Positions 18,401 through 27,479 of a stretch of DNA of 38,999 nt are shown here, piece after piece. The notes under the pieces were generated by a model that saw nothing but the letters and a program-made list of their open reading frames with translations, made no database searches and was not told the origin of the DNA. Source of the DNA: a virus (Duplodnaviria; Caudoviricetes). The stretch spans positions 1 through 38,999 of IMG/VR virus record IMGVR_UViG_3300037704_000239; one strand, 5' to 3'. How positions within the stretch are numbered: position 1 is the stretch's first letter; each line of letters begins with the position of its first letter. A program made the translations under genes and the position numbers.

Positions 18401-19881
18401 AGGGCGTGATCCGCTTCATGATGCGCGGGCGGGGTGCCGTCACGACCATCGCACCGGACGATCTGGTGGCCGCCCGCGACGGCGACGTGCTGGAGCTCAC
18501 CCGGGCGCAGGAGACGGAGCTGCCGCAGGCGCTGAAATGGCAGATCGCCCGCGCCGACGAGGATTACGACGCCGTCCTCGTCGAGGCGCGGCGCATCACG
18601 GTCGACACGACCCGCATCGCCTCGGAGTCCTTCCCGATGGCGGTGCCGCCCGAGGAGGCCGAGCGACGCTGTCGCCGCGCGCTGATGGAGGCCTGGATCG
18701 GGCGGGAGAGCGCCACGTTCCGTCTGCCGCCCTCGCGCCTGGCGCTCGACCCGGCCGATGTGGTGGCGCTCGACCATGACAATCGGCAGGTCGCCCTGCG
18801 TCTGGTCTCGATCGCCGACGCCGAGGCGCGGGGTGTCGAGGCCGTGCGTCAGGATCGCGAGGCCTACGACCTGCCGCCCGGGCAGGCCCGGCCATCGGCC
18901 CTGTTGCGGGCCGTGGTGTTTGGGGCGCCGGACGCGGTGCTGCTTGACCTGCCGCAGCTCAGCGAGGACCAGCCGGCGCACCGGCCGCTCATTGCGGCCC
19001 ATGCGGTGCCGTGGCCCGGCGAGCTGGCGGTGTTCCGCAGCCCCTCGACCGACGGCTTCGAGCTGCTGACGACCTTCGGCGCCCGAGCGCGGATCGGCAC
19101 GCTGGTCTCGGACTTCTGGTCGGGCCCCGTCTCGCGCTTCGACATGGGAAATGTCCTGATCGTCGATCTGCTCTCGGGCACGCTCGAGAGCGTCACGGAC
19201 CTGACGCTCTTCGGCGGCGCCAATGCGCTGGCCATCGAGAGCGCCCCCGGCGTCTGGGAGATCGTGCAGGCCGGATCGGCGGAGCTGATCGCGCCCGGCC
19301 GCTATCGCCTGACCCGCCTCCTGCGCGGGCAGCGCGGCACCGAGGGCGCGATGGCTAACCCGGCGCCCGCAGGCGCCCGGGTGGTCGTGCTCGACGCCAG
19401 CCTCGCCTCGCTGCCCATCGCCGAGGCCGATCTCGGCATCCCGTGGAACTGGCGCATCGGCCCCGCCAGCCGTCCGGTCAGCGACGAGACCTATATCGCC
19501 GCGAGCTTCACGGCCGGTGGGGCCGGGCTCCGGCCGTTCTCGGTGGCGCATGTCGAGCAGCCGTGGCGCAGGCCGCGCACGCCCGGCGATCTCACGATCC
19601 GCTGGACACGCCGCTCGCGATCCCTCTCGGCCGACAGCTGGAGCGCGGTCGAGGTGCCGCTCGCCGAGGAGGCCGAGGCTTACGAGGTCGAGATCCTCGA
19701 CGGGGCAAGTGTCAAGCGGGTCCTATCTGCTGCAACCACCAGCGCGGTCTACACCGCCGCCCAGCAGACCGCCGACTGGGGCGCGCTGCTTGGCCCCGGC
19801 GACACGCTCACCATCCGCATCTTCCAGCTGTCCGCCCTGATCGGGCGGGGCGCGGCCAGGACCACCACGCTCACGTTCTGA
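15427..19881 (+). CDS. GTA-type baseplate multidomain protein (megatron; TIM-barrel-like domain plus phage tail domain)
   Basis: PAYRGTAYVVFE, YAADWSEY, GIDNYMPLSDWRDG, WFTELGCPAID, WDARPYP, LLRGQRGTE motifs. Confidence 0.93.
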   Translation: MASLALGFAGSAIGGSIGGSILGVSAATIGGFVGSAVGSVVDSFIVSSLAPTQRIESQRLDSLRITSSTEGAVIPQVFGRMRIGGNVIWATDFREETRTTTQGGGKGGGGAKVQTTEHLYFASFAVALSEGSEAGPGGTILSGGENGGGGGPAGRGITGIGRIWADGKPMDLTGVTWRWYPGDEAQLPDPFILAKMGALSTPAYRGTAYVVFEELLLGPYGNRLPQLSFEVFRPLADPDTAEGLTQAVTLIPASGEFVYATQGIRKGGGDSSAPDNLNALADTADMVVALDRLQAMAPAVESVSLVAAWFGDDLRAGACRIMPGVELAAKTTIPKTWVVNGVARANARLVSRDDQDRPVFGGTPADFAVVQAIREMKARGLRVTFYPFLLMDVPPGNTLPNPYSDNAAEASQPAFPWRGRITVSPAAGYAGSADKTTTAATQVSAFFGGASPSDFAVAGETVSWTGAADDWGLRRMVLHYAHLCAAAGGVDAFVIGSEFRGLTQVRDGASAYPAVQAFRDLTTDVRSILGPSTKIGYAADWSEYFGHHPAPEEILDGGVFDDPAAGTHWTRSPVSAATIDYTAAGLELTPASTAFADRAQAFQRVTTVAGAAYQIRVSVLEVPAGASGLYFLPFDSSAGLALIGSVGDYQVSAPGEHLFTFTAPSASTDLYFRLTGTTGTARIATISLKPAAGDVSFHLDPLWADPAIDFVGIDNYMPLSDWRDGFEHLDAQDGAPAIYDRSYLQANIAGGEGFDWFYASDADRSAQIRTAITDGTSGNPWVFRNKDLRSWWSNPHFDRPGGVESGTPTAWAPQSKPIWFTELGCPAIDRGTNQPNVFVDPKSSESLRPHFSRGWRDDAIQRAYLEASYLFWGEAANNPVSSIYGDRMVHVPECAAWSWDARPYPFFPELADVWTDGPNWRLGHWLTGRLGAVSLAALVRHLCLRAGMPEAQIDISGLWGAVEGYVITALESPRASIAPLARHFGFDAVETEGVIRFMMRGRGAVTTIAPDDLVAARDGDVLELTRAQETELPQALKWQIARADEDYDAVLVEARRITVDTTRIASESFPMAVPPEEAERRCRRALMEAWIGRESATFRLPPSRLALDPADVVALDHDNRQVALRLVSIADAEARGVEAVRQDREAYDLPPGQARPSALLRAVVFGAPDAVLLDLPQLSEDQPAHRPLIAAHAVPWPGELAVFRSPSTDGFELLTTFGARARIGTLVSDFWSGPVSRFDMGNVLIVDLLSGTLESVTDLTLFGGANALAIESAPGVWEIVQAGSAELIAPGRYRLTRLLRGQRGTEGAMANPAPAGARVVVLDASLASLPIAEADLGIPWNWRIGPASRPVSDETYIAASFTAGGAGLRPFSVAHVEQPWRRPRTPGDLTIRWTRRSRSLSADSWSAVEVPLAEEAEAYEVEILDGASVKRVLSAATTSAVYTAAQQTADWGALLGPGDTLTIRIFQLSALIGRGAARTTTLTF
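15826..15889 (+). repeat. 64-bp palindromic element, copy B (in frame in the megatron)
   Basis: GCCGGTCCCGGAGGGA-CCATTCTCTCC-GGT-GGAGAGAATGG-AGGCGGAGGAGGCCCGGCAGGGC; colinear with copy A. Confidence 0.85.
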
Positions 19882-19891
19882 AGGCCATCCC

Positions 19892-20968
19892 ATGTCCGAC
19901 GCCACGACCCATCTCCTGTTGCCCTGGATCCTGGCGGCGCAGGCCCAGAAGCACGTCACCCACAACGTGGCGCTGCGGCTGCTCGACGGGCTCGTGCAGC
20001 TCTCCGTCCTCGACCGGGATCTGACCGCACCACCCGGCAGTCCCGCCGATGGCGACCGCTACATCGTCGGCTCCGGCGCCACCGGCGATTGGTCCGGCTG
20101 GGACCTGAACGTCGCGCTCTTCACCGACGGCGTGTGGCTTCGCCTGCCGCCGCGCGCGGGCTGGCGGGCGTGGGTCGAGGACGAAAAGTTGCTGGTGGTC
20201 TACGACGGTTCCGTCTGGGGCGGCACGAACCCGGCCACGCTGCAGAACATGGCGCTGTTGGGGCTTGGTACGACGGCCGATGCCGCCAACCCGTTCTCAG
20301 CCAAGCTCAATGCCGCCCTCTGGACCGCGAAGACCGCCGCCGAGGGCGGGACCGGCGATCTGTTCTACACCATGAACAAGGAGGCCGCGGGCGACGATCT
20401 CGGGCTGACCCTCCAGACCGGCTTTTCTACCCGCGCGCTCGTGGGCCTCTTCGGCTCAGACTTGTTCCGGCTGGCCGTCTCCGCCGACGGCAGCACCTTC
20501 TTCGACGGTCTGACCGTCGATAACGTGACCGGCATCGTCGACCAGCCCCGGCTGCCGCGCTTCAAGGCCTATACGAATTTCGACAACTATGTCGGCGTCG
20601 ACACCTGGACGAAGATCGGGATCAACAACACCGACTACAACGACCAGGCGGCTTTTGATGCCGCCAATAACCACTTCGTTGCCCCCGTCGATGGCACCTA
20701 CCTCTTCGGCGCGACGCTGCTCTACAAGATCAACGCCAGCGCCACGGCACGGATGCGCGGGCGGCTGGTGCTGAACGGGACGACCGAGATCCGGGGCTCG
20801 TTTGGCGAGAGCTCCGCAACCCATGTCTCGCTCGCCACCGTGATCTGGCTGCAGACCATGGTTCCCCTCAGCGCGGGCGATACCGTCGAGCTGCAGGGGT
20901 ATTTCCGGGTCGCCGACGGCTATTTCGCGGCCGACCACACGTCGTTCTGGGGCACGAAGATCGGCTGA
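19892..20968 (+). CDS. DUF2793 tail fibre protein with C1q-like C-terminal domain
   Basis: AQAQKHVTHN DUF2793 motif; C-terminal FDAANNHFVAPVDGTYLF. Confidence 0.85.
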   Translation: MSDATTHLLLPWILAAQAQKHVTHNVALRLLDGLVQLSVLDRDLTAPPGSPADGDRYIVGSGATGDWSGWDLNVALFTDGVWLRLPPRAGWRAWVEDEKLLVVYDGSVWGGTNPATLQNMALLGLGTTADAANPFSAKLNAALWTAKTAAEGGTGDLFYTMNKEAAGDDLGLTLQTGFSTRALVGLFGSDLFRLAVSADGSTFFDGLTVDNVTGIVDQPRLPRFKAYTNFDNYVGVDTWTKIGINNTDYNDQAAFDAANNHFVAPVDGTYLFGATLLYKINASATARMRGRLVLNGTTEIRGSFGESSATHVSLATVIWLQTMVPLSAGDTVELQGYFRVADGYFAADHTSFWGTKIG

Positions 20969-20987
20969 GCGGCGGGAGGAAGGACCG

Positions 20988-21278
20988 ATGACACCACCCC
21001 GATCCGAGCAGGGCTTTGTCCGCATGCCCGATGCCGAGTTCGAGGCGATCCTCGCCCGCGCCGCCGAGGCAGGCGCGAAGCGGGCGCTCGCCGATGTCGG
21101 CCTCGATGGCAAGGACGCCGCCCTCGACATCCGCGATCTGCGCTCGCTGCTCGACTGCATCCGCTTCGTTCGCCGCACCGCCGTGCAGACTGTGGTGCGC
21201 CTCATCATCACGGCCGTGATGCTGGCGCTGCTCGCCGGGATCGCCCTGAAGCTGAAGATCTTCGACGGCGGCCCGTAG
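20988..21278 (+). CDS. DUF6127-like small membrane protein (possible holin)
   Basis: GAKRALADVGL...DIRDLRSLL, C-terminal TM helix, upstream of the endolysin. Confidence 0.65.
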   Translation: MTPPRSEQGFVRMPDAEFEAILARAAEAGAKRALADVGLDGKDAALDIRDLRSLLDCIRFVRRTAVQTVVRLIITAVMLALLAGIALKLKIFDGGP

Positions 21279-21312
21279 CCAACCTGATCCTGCCGCCATC
21301 GACCTGACCGTG

Positions 21313-21334
21313 CCCGCCGTTCCGGCGGGTTTTT
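21313..21334 (+). terminator. Intrinsic terminator-like hairpin upstream of the endolysin
   Basis: CCCGCCG-TTC-CGGCGGG-TTTTT. Confidence 0.7.
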
Positions 21335-21352
21335 CGACTCAAGGAGGATACC

Positions 21353-22027
21353 ATGACCACGACCTTCCACCGCCATTGGCGTGATGTGCCCGAGAGCACC
21401 TGGCGCTGGCCCAACTTCTCCCCCGCCGAGATCGCCTGCCGCGGCACCGGCAAGCTGCTGGTCAACGATCCCGCGCTCGACAAATTGCAGGCGCTGCGCG
21501 ACCGGCTGGAAAAACCGCTGATCGTTCGCTCGGCCTATCGCAGCCCCGAGCACAATCGCGCCGTCGGTGGCGCGTCCCGCTCCAAGCACCTGGACGGCGC
21601 GGCCTTCGACATCGCCATGTCGAACCACGATCCGATCGCCTTCGAGGCGGCGGCGCGGGAGGTCGGGTTCCTCGGCTTCGGCTTCTACCCGCGCTCGGGG
21701 TTCATGCATATTGACCTTGGCCCCGCACGGCAGTGGGGTGACCGTTTCCCGCCCCGCGCCACGGCCTTCGCCGAGGAAACGCCGCCCGCGCGCGAAGTGC
21801 TGGCCCAGAGCCGCACCATGAAGGGGAGCGGAGCAGCTGGCGTGGCGACGCTTGGTGCGGCGGGCGTCGAGGTGGCGCGGGACGTGCTTGCCGAGACCCA
21901 GTCCGCGGTCCTGCCGCTCGTGCCGTATCTGGACACGCTGCGTTGGGTGTTCATTGCCGTCGCGCTGGCGGGCATCGCGGTCACGATCTACGCGCGGCTC
22001 GACGACTGGAAACGGGGGCGGCGGTGA
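21353..22027 (+). CDS. Peptidase M15 family endolysin with C-terminal membrane segments
   Basis: SAYRSPEHN, SKHLDGAAFD, FMHID zinc motifs; AAGGAGG RBS; hydrophobic C-terminus. Confidence 0.88.
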   Translation: MTTTFHRHWRDVPESTWRWPNFSPAEIACRGTGKLLVNDPALDKLQALRDRLEKPLIVRSAYRSPEHNRAVGGASRSKHLDGAAFDIAMSNHDPIAFEAAAREVGFLGFGFYPRSGFMHIDLGPARQWGDRFPPRATAFAEETPPAREVLAQSRTMKGSGAAGVATLGAAGVEVARDVLAETQSAVLPLVPYLDTLRWVFIAVALAGIAVTIYARLDDWKRGRR

Positions 22028-22281
22028 TCGCCACGCTCCTTGCCGGCATGGTCAGCAGCCCATGGGCCCGTGCCACGCTGCGGTACGGCGTGCTCGCCCT
22101 CACCGTCCTCCTGTTCCTGCTGTCGATCCGCCGCGCCGGCGAGCGCGCCGGACGCATGGCAGAGCGAATCGAGACCATGGAGAAGATCAATGATATCCAA
22201 CACCGAATGCTGGATGCGGCGGCTCGCCGTCCTCGCGGTCGCGATGAGCTGGCTGACCGGCTGCGCGACGGTCGGTTCTGA
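22024..22281 (+). CDS. Putative inner-membrane spanin (Rz-like)
   Basis: GTGA overlap, N-terminal TM helix followed by a charged helix, overlaps a lipoprotein gene. Confidence 0.6.
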   Translation: MIATLLAGMVSSPWARATLRYGVLALTVLLFLLSIRRAGERAGRMAERIETMEKINDIQHRMLDAAARRPRGRDELADRLRDGRF

Positions 22282-22441
22282 GCCGGGCGGCTTGGCGGTT
22301 TGTCCACCGGTCGTGGAGTACAGCCGTGAGTTCCAGGCACGCGCGGCTGACGAACTCGCGCTGCTACCGGAGCGCTCCGCGGTCGCCGAGATGATGGGCG
22401 ACTATGCAGTGATGCGGGATCAGGCGCGGGCGTGCCGGTGA
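22214..22441 (+). CDS. Putative outer-membrane spanin lipoprotein (Rz1-like)
   Basis: MRRLAVLAVAMSWLTGC signal peptide II with lipobox; CPP motif. Confidence 0.7.
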   Translation: MRRLAVLAVAMSWLTGCATVGSEPGGLAVCPPVVEYSREFQARAADELALLPERSAVAEMMGDYAVMRDQARACR

Positions 22442-22465
22442 TCCCACTTCCCGGACAAGAGCCGC

Positions 22466-23182
22466 TCACGCCATTCTTTGTTCGAGCCGGTGCTTGCGCT
22501 TTGGCCAGTCCGGCAGAACGCGATCCAGCAGTTCGAAGAACTCCGGTCCGTGGTGTGGCACCGCGATGTGGCAAAGCTCATGCGTGATGACGTAGTCGAT
22601 CGCGTCCACCGGAGCCTCGATCAGGCGTCGATTCAGCAGCAGGCGACACGCCGGTGACATCGAGCCCCACCGTTGCCGCAGTTGGCGGACGATCAAGCCT
22701 TTGGGGCGGAAGTCATTGGGCGCTGGGAAACGCAGAAGGTTGATCTCCAGGCGCTCAGTGAATTTTGCATGGGCGCGTACTCGATACCAATGCTCGACAA
22801 GCTCGCGCGTCACCTCGGTCCGCTCGGGTCTGTGCGTTTGGACCACGATGAAGCCCCGAGCCAGCTTCACCGTAGTCTGGACGTGGGGTACCACCTTGAG
22901 CCGATACTGGCGGCCAAGATAGAGATGGGTTTCGCCTGCGACATACTGGCGATCCGGGGTGCGCGGCAGGAACTGGATGAAATATCGCTGCTGGCGCCGG
23001 ATCCACGCAGCGCGCTTGCGCACTTTCTCCTCGATCGCCGTCAGCGGAGCATCCAGCGGGGCAGCGACGACGACCGACGCGTCGGGCTCGACGGCGATTT
23101 CCAGCGTCGTCCGCTCACGGCGCACAATCGCGAAATCGATCCTGTGTTCACCGTATTGGACGCTGTGTTGTGCGGTTTTCAT
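22466..23182 (-). CDS. YgjP/SprT-like M48 family metallopeptidase
   Basis: RWGS motif, YVITHELCH HEXXH, HGPEF; coupled to hsdR. Confidence 0.9.
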   Translation of the reverse strand: MKTAQHSVQYGEHRIDFAIVRRERTTLEIAVEPDASVVVAAPLDAPLTAIEEKVRKRAAWIRRQQRYFIQFLPRTPDRQYVAGETHLYLGRQYRLKVVPHVQTTVKLARGFIVVQTHRPERTEVTRELVEHWYRVRAHAKFTERLEINLLRFPAPNDFRPKGLIVRQLRQRWGSMSPACRLLLNRRLIEAPVDAIDYVITHELCHIAVPHHGPEFFELLDRVLPDWPKRKHRLEQRMA

Positions 23183-26100
23183 CCCGGGAACCGCGCCCGC
23201 GCAAGGTCCATGATCTTGAGCTCGAGATCGTCCATCACCTCGACGGGCAATTCGATGCCGCGCTCATCGCGAAGGACATCGAAGAAATAGTCGTCGATGG
23301 CGTTGCGCATCTTGTTCTGGGCGATGTCATTGGCCCAGACGTCGACGATGTGATGGGTCTTGATGATGTCGATGATGGTCAGCGCGATGGTGGCAACCTC
23401 ATCCGCTGCAATCGGTTTGCCATCAGCCGTTACGAGCGCGCCTTCGAGGATGCCGAAAAAAGCCTGCCCGTCGTCGTTGCCCTTGATCACGTCCGGCACC
23501 TCACGGCCCCGGTCCTTGCGCGCGACCTTGCTCGCCAGATCGACCACGTTCTTGAGGTAGTCCCGCTCAGAAATCCGTTTGGCCCGATAGTCGCGGATAG
23601 TCTCCTCCAGCAGCTCCGAGAAGCTGCGGTAGAAGGTCGGGTCCTCGTCCATCTTTTCCGTGATGGTCCGCCTCGTCGCGCTGGCAATCCGGTCGGCCCT
23701 TGACGCTTCGGAGACGCCGGTTTCTTCCACCACGGCTTTCAGAGCGCCCGGGTCGTTGATGTTGACCATCTCGATGATCGTCTCTGCCGGCATGGCCACG
23801 ACATGGTCGTCGAGCAGTTTTTGGATCTTCGGCTCGAACTCCTTGACGTCAACGGTCTCCTGGTAACGCAGCCGGACCGAGCGCCGCAGCTCGGAGAACT
23901 GCTTCCAGTCCTTCTTCATGGCGTCGATCTTCGCCTCGTCAAAGACGTCGAAGAGCTTGTCCGACGACAGCGAGATATGGAGGCAGCGGCTGAACGCCTT
24001 CAGTCGTTCATAGAACTCCTGCCTGATCGCCTCATCGGCCAGGAACTGTTCGAACTGCTCCATGTCCTTTTTGTTCTTGACCGGCTTGAACAGGTCCCAG
24101 AGCTGATCGTGCAGCTGGGGCAGCTTCCGGATTTCCTCGCGCACGTCGTGGACCGTGCCGGCGAGATCGGCGGCGTCAAAGCCCTCGAAGGCGCTGTAGG
24201 TCGTGAGCGCCGTATCCAGCTCCCCTAACAGCCCCTCATAGTCGATGATGAAGCCGAACTGCTTCTCGGTCGCGCCGTCTTCGTAGAGCCGGTTCACGCG
24301 GGCGATAGCCTGCAGCAGGTTATGTTCGCGCAGCGACTTGCAGACATAGAGCACGGTGTTGCGCGGCGCATCGAATCCGGTCAGCAGCTTCGACACGACG
24401 ATGAGGATCTCCGGATCGCCCGAGCCCTTGAATGCATCGATGATCTGCCGGGTGTATTCATCCTCGGTCTTGTAGCGGGCCATCATGCGCGCCCAGAATC
24501 CGCGCACGATGTCCTTCGATTCCTTGTCGACCTCCTCGTTTCCCTCGTTGTCATCGGGAGGAGAGATGACGATCTCGCTAGTGACGTGCCCGATCTCGTC
24601 GAGCACCTCCTTGAAGCGGACGGCTGCTGCCTTGGATGGCGCCACAAGCTGCGCCTTGAATCCCGTGCCTTGCCAGTGTTGGCGGAAGTGCTCCGAGATG
24701 TCGAAGGCCTTCGCCCGGATCGCCTGGCCTGTCTTCGACAGCGCGTCCATGCGGGAGAACTTGCGCTTCAGGTCGGCCTTCTGGCTGTCGGTAAGGCCCT
24801 CGCTGATCTTGTCGAACCACTTGTCGATCACGCTGCCATTGATCTGCTGCTCGACAAGGCGGCCCTCATAGAGGAGCGGCACGACGGCACCGTCAGCGAC
24901 GGCCTCATCGATCGCATATTTGTGGATCAGGCCACCGAAGGTCGAAAGCGTGTTCTTCTCCTTTTTCAGGAGCGGCGTTCCGGTGAAGCCGAGATAGCAA
25001 GCCTTCGGCAACAGTCTCCGCATCCGCGTGGCGAACTGGCTGTGGCCGCCATAGCGGCCCGTCTGCGAGCGATGGCTTTCATCGACCAGGACGAACACGT
25101 TGGCGTCCTCGTCGACATCCTCGGCTGCTCTGGCTGCAGTGTCGAATTTGTTGATGATCGTGGTAACCAGCGGCTCCTTGTTGCGGATCAGCTCGATCAG
25201 ATGGGCGCCGCTGGTCGCCCGGACAGGTTCCAGCTCGCAGGACTTGAACGTGTCCTTGATCTGCTTGTCGAGATCGTCGCGGTCGGTGACGATCAGAATG
25301 CGCGGATTGGGGATGGCCTTGTCGAGCGCAAGGGAGCGGCCCAGCATCACCATTGTCAGCGACTTGCCCGACCCTTGGGTGTGCCAGATCACGCCACCCT
25401 TGCGCCGACCATCGAGGTTGAACTGGCGGACGCGCTCGACAGCCTTGCGGATCCCGAAGAACTGCTGGTGGCGCGCGACCTTGCGGGCGCCGCCATCGAA
25501 CACGGTGAAACGGCGGATCAGGTCCAGCAGGCGTTCCGGCCGGCACAGCGCATGAATAGCGCGGTCCTGCGCCGTGATCGCGCGCGGACCCTCGGCCGCC
25601 AGCGCCTCGAAATGGGCACGCGCAAAGGCGAAATCGCCCGAGAAGACCGCATCGGCCTCGGCCACCGTGAGAGGCCGATTGGCCAGAGGGTCGATGGTCT
25701 CGTCCCGGTCTTCCTCATCCCGCCACGTCTGCCAGAACTGCCGCGGTGTGCCCACGGTGGCGTAACGCGCCTCGACACGGTTCATCACCATGAGAAGCTG
25801 CGCGAAGTGGAACAGCTGCGGGATGTTGTCTTCGTTCTGATAGCCGATCAGCTGGCTGCCGGCCTTCTTGAGGCTCTCGGTCGGCCGCTTGTTCTCGATC
25901 ACGAGGAACGGGATGCCGTTCACGTAACCGACGATATCGCACCGCTTGGTTTGGGTGCTGGCCGTGCGCTCGACGGAGACTTCGGCCGTCACGTGATAGA
26001 CGTTGTTCGCTGGCGTCTCCCAATCGACGTAGCGGAACGAATAGGACTTGGAGTCTCCCTGGATCGTCTTGGTGATGGTCGTGCCAAGGACGAGGGTGTC

Positions 26101-26406
26101 GTAGATATCCTGGTTGGTGCCCCTCAGGCCCTTCTGACGGTCGGGCGTGGGCTTCAGGCGCCGGATGGCTTCGTGCGCATCCTCGAGGTCGAAGGGATAC
26201 TCCCGGCCGCGGTGGGTGAACCTGTTGATCTTCAGAAGCTGGTCGGCAAGGACGTCGTCGAGCACAACGTTGCGCAAGCGGCCGCCACGCTGGCGCACTG
26301 CTTCAACCTGAGACAATGGCGTGAACCCCAGCGCCACAAGCAATTGAAGGGCGGGGATCTGAGATTGATGTTTCTCACGAGCGTCGAAACCACTGTCCAC
26401 GTGCAT
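23179..26406 (-). CDS. hsdR: Type I restriction endonuclease subunit R
   Basis: CDIVGYVNGIPFLVIENK nuclease motif, QGSGKS Walker A, DESH, FTGTP, LTGFDAP, QAIARVNR; start placed at the TAATG overlap. Confidence 0.96.
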   Translation of the reverse strand: MHVDSGFDAREKHQSQIPALQLLVALGFTPLSQVEAVRQRGGRLRNVVLDDVLADQLLKINRFTHRGREYPFDLEDAHEAIRRLKPTPDRQKGLRGTNQDIYDTLVLGTTITKTIQGDSKSYSFRYVDWETPANNVYHVTAEVSVERTASTQTKRCDIVGYVNGIPFLVIENKRPTESLKKAGSQLIGYQNEDNIPQLFHFAQLLMVMNRVEARYATVGTPRQFWQTWRDEEDRDETIDPLANRPLTVAEADAVFSGDFAFARAHFEALAAEGPRAITAQDRAIHALCRPERLLDLIRRFTVFDGGARKVARHQQFFGIRKAVERVRQFNLDGRRKGGVIWHTQGSGKSLTMVMLGRSLALDKAIPNPRILIVTDRDDLDKQIKDTFKSCELEPVRATSGAHLIELIRNKEPLVTTIINKFDTAARAAEDVDEDANVFVLVDESHRSQTGRYGGHSQFATRMRRLLPKACYLGFTGTPLLKKEKNTLSTFGGLIHKYAIDEAVADGAVVPLLYEGRLVEQQINGSVIDKWFDKISEGLTDSQKADLKRKFSRMDALSKTGQAIRAKAFDISEHFRQHWQGTGFKAQLVAPSKAAAVRFKEVLDEIGHVTSEIVISPPDDNEGNEEVDKESKDIVRGFWARMMARYKTEDEYTRQIIDAFKGSGDPEILIVVSKLLTGFDAPRNTVLYVCKSLREHNLLQAIARVNRLYEDGATEKQFGFIIDYEGLLGELDTALTTYSAFEGFDAADLAGTVHDVREEIRKLPQLHDQLWDLFKPVKNKKDMEQFEQFLADEAIRQEFYERLKAFSRCLHISLSSDKLFDVFDEAKIDAMKKDWKQFSELRRSVRLRYQETVDVKEFEPKIQKLLDDHVVAMPAETIIEMVNINDPGALKAVVEETGVSEASRADRIASATRRTITEKMDEDPTFYRSFSELLEETIRDYRAKRISERDYLKNVVDLASKVARKDRGREVPDVIKGNDDGQAFFGILEGALVTADGKPIAADEVATIALTIIDIIKTHHIVDVWANDIAQNKMRNAIDDYFFDVLRDERGIELPVEVMDDLELKIMDLARARFPG

Positions 26407-27476
26407 TAGGCTCCCCAAACTTGGGCGGACGCCGCATCGAAGAAAGCAACGTCTAGTGCGACCCGATCATCGCGCGAATGTGCTAATGCGGTCGCAGCGC
26501 CTCGGATCTGCTTGTTTCCAGGACTGTCTGGGTCGCCATAGAGGCCGACATAGACTTGTCCGATCTTGCCTCGCGCGATCTTTTTCAGAACGTGCTGGTC
26601 GTTGTCCGCAAGGCTGTGGCCGAAAATGAAAAGCGCATCATTCCGCTGCGCCATTTGCGAGGAGAAGCTCTTGTAGGAATGGTGCAGGTATGCGCTGTGC
26701 TTGATCTTTGCGAGCTTCTGATTGCTTTTGCCCTCGGCCACGAAGAGTGGGAACTTGTTCGCACCCATTGCCTCCCGCGCCTGTTCCAGCAGCGGTTTGC
26801 CCGTATTCACCCATGTGTATTTCTGCAATTCGGCACCCGCGTCGAACAGGTGAAGTGCACCATGGAGGTAGTGGACCCGCTGCCCGTGTGCGCCGCTCTC
26901 CCCCATCCAGTTCACATATTCGGGTTCCGTATCTTCATCGCGGCCGAACCCGTCGTTGGCGGCCAGATCGATAGGGTCATCGAACCCCATGTCGTCGTGC
27001 ATGAGCGTCCAGTAGAGCAGAAGGTCATAGTTCAGGGTGTAAACCTTGCCGTCCTTGTTCCCATCGCCGAGGAAATGCGACAGGAACCGGCGGCACGCCC
27101 AGAACTGTTCATCCGCGATTTCATTCGGGATGTTGGGGTGATTGTTGGCCACGGTCTGAATGAGGATGTCCTTCAGAGCTTCCGCATCGGCCGCCATCTG
27201 CTTCGCGGCGGCTGCCGCTGTGCTCGAATAGACGGGAACAATGCGCGATGCGTCTTCCAGCAGTTTGATGACGTGCTCAAAGTCGGTTGTCCCGACGGCC
27301 TTGAACACATCAGGAAGCCTGGGGGTCGACGAGAAATCCGCCTGCTCGAAGAGCGAGCCATAGGTGAAAATCTTCGGGCGGCAGGCAATGCTGAAACCGT
27401 TACCCAGCAGCAGGTGCCGCTTCTTGAACTGCGCCGAATGTTCAATCGCTTCATCAAAAGTGTGGAGATGGATCAT
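26406..27476 (-). CDS. DUF4917 family, Sir2-like protein
   Basis: LLLGNGFS, YTLNYD, YLHGALH, IFGHSLADND correspond to the Sir2-like motif series. Confidence 0.8.
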   Translation of the reverse strand: MIHLHTFDEAIEHSAQFKKRHLLLGNGFSIACRPKIFTYGSLFEQADFSSTPRLPDVFKAVGTTDFEHVIKLLEDASRIVPVYSSTAAAAAKQMAADAEALKDILIQTVANNHPNIPNEIADEQFWACRRFLSHFLGDGNKDGKVYTLNYDLLLYWTLMHDDMGFDDPIDLAANDGFGRDEDTEPEYVNWMGESGAHGQRVHYLHGALHLFDAGAELQKYTWVNTGKPLLEQAREAMGANKFPLFVAEGKSNQKLAKIKHSAYLHHSYKSFSSQMAQRNDALFIFGHSLADNDQHVLKKIARGKIGQVYVGLYGDPDSPGNKQIRGAATALAHSRDDRVALDVAFFDAASAQVWGA

Positions 27477-27479
27477 GCC

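Larger units (their letters stand above)
1..22441 (+). mobile_element. Siphovirus prophage late region (lambda-like head, RcGTA-like tail, lysis); may extend through the R-M and recombinase modules to ~37.5 kb
   Basis: Complete colinear morphogenesis and lysis gene order with translational coupling; no att sites identified. Confidence 0.9.

Noticed and set aside
14875-19551. Long antisense and alternate-frame ORFs (e.g. 14875-17610, 16380-18779, 17719-19551; similarly 429-2399, 24322-26409, 34308-35873)
   Set aside because: Shadow ORFs expected from high-GC codon bias; no motifs, and they overlap well-supported genes
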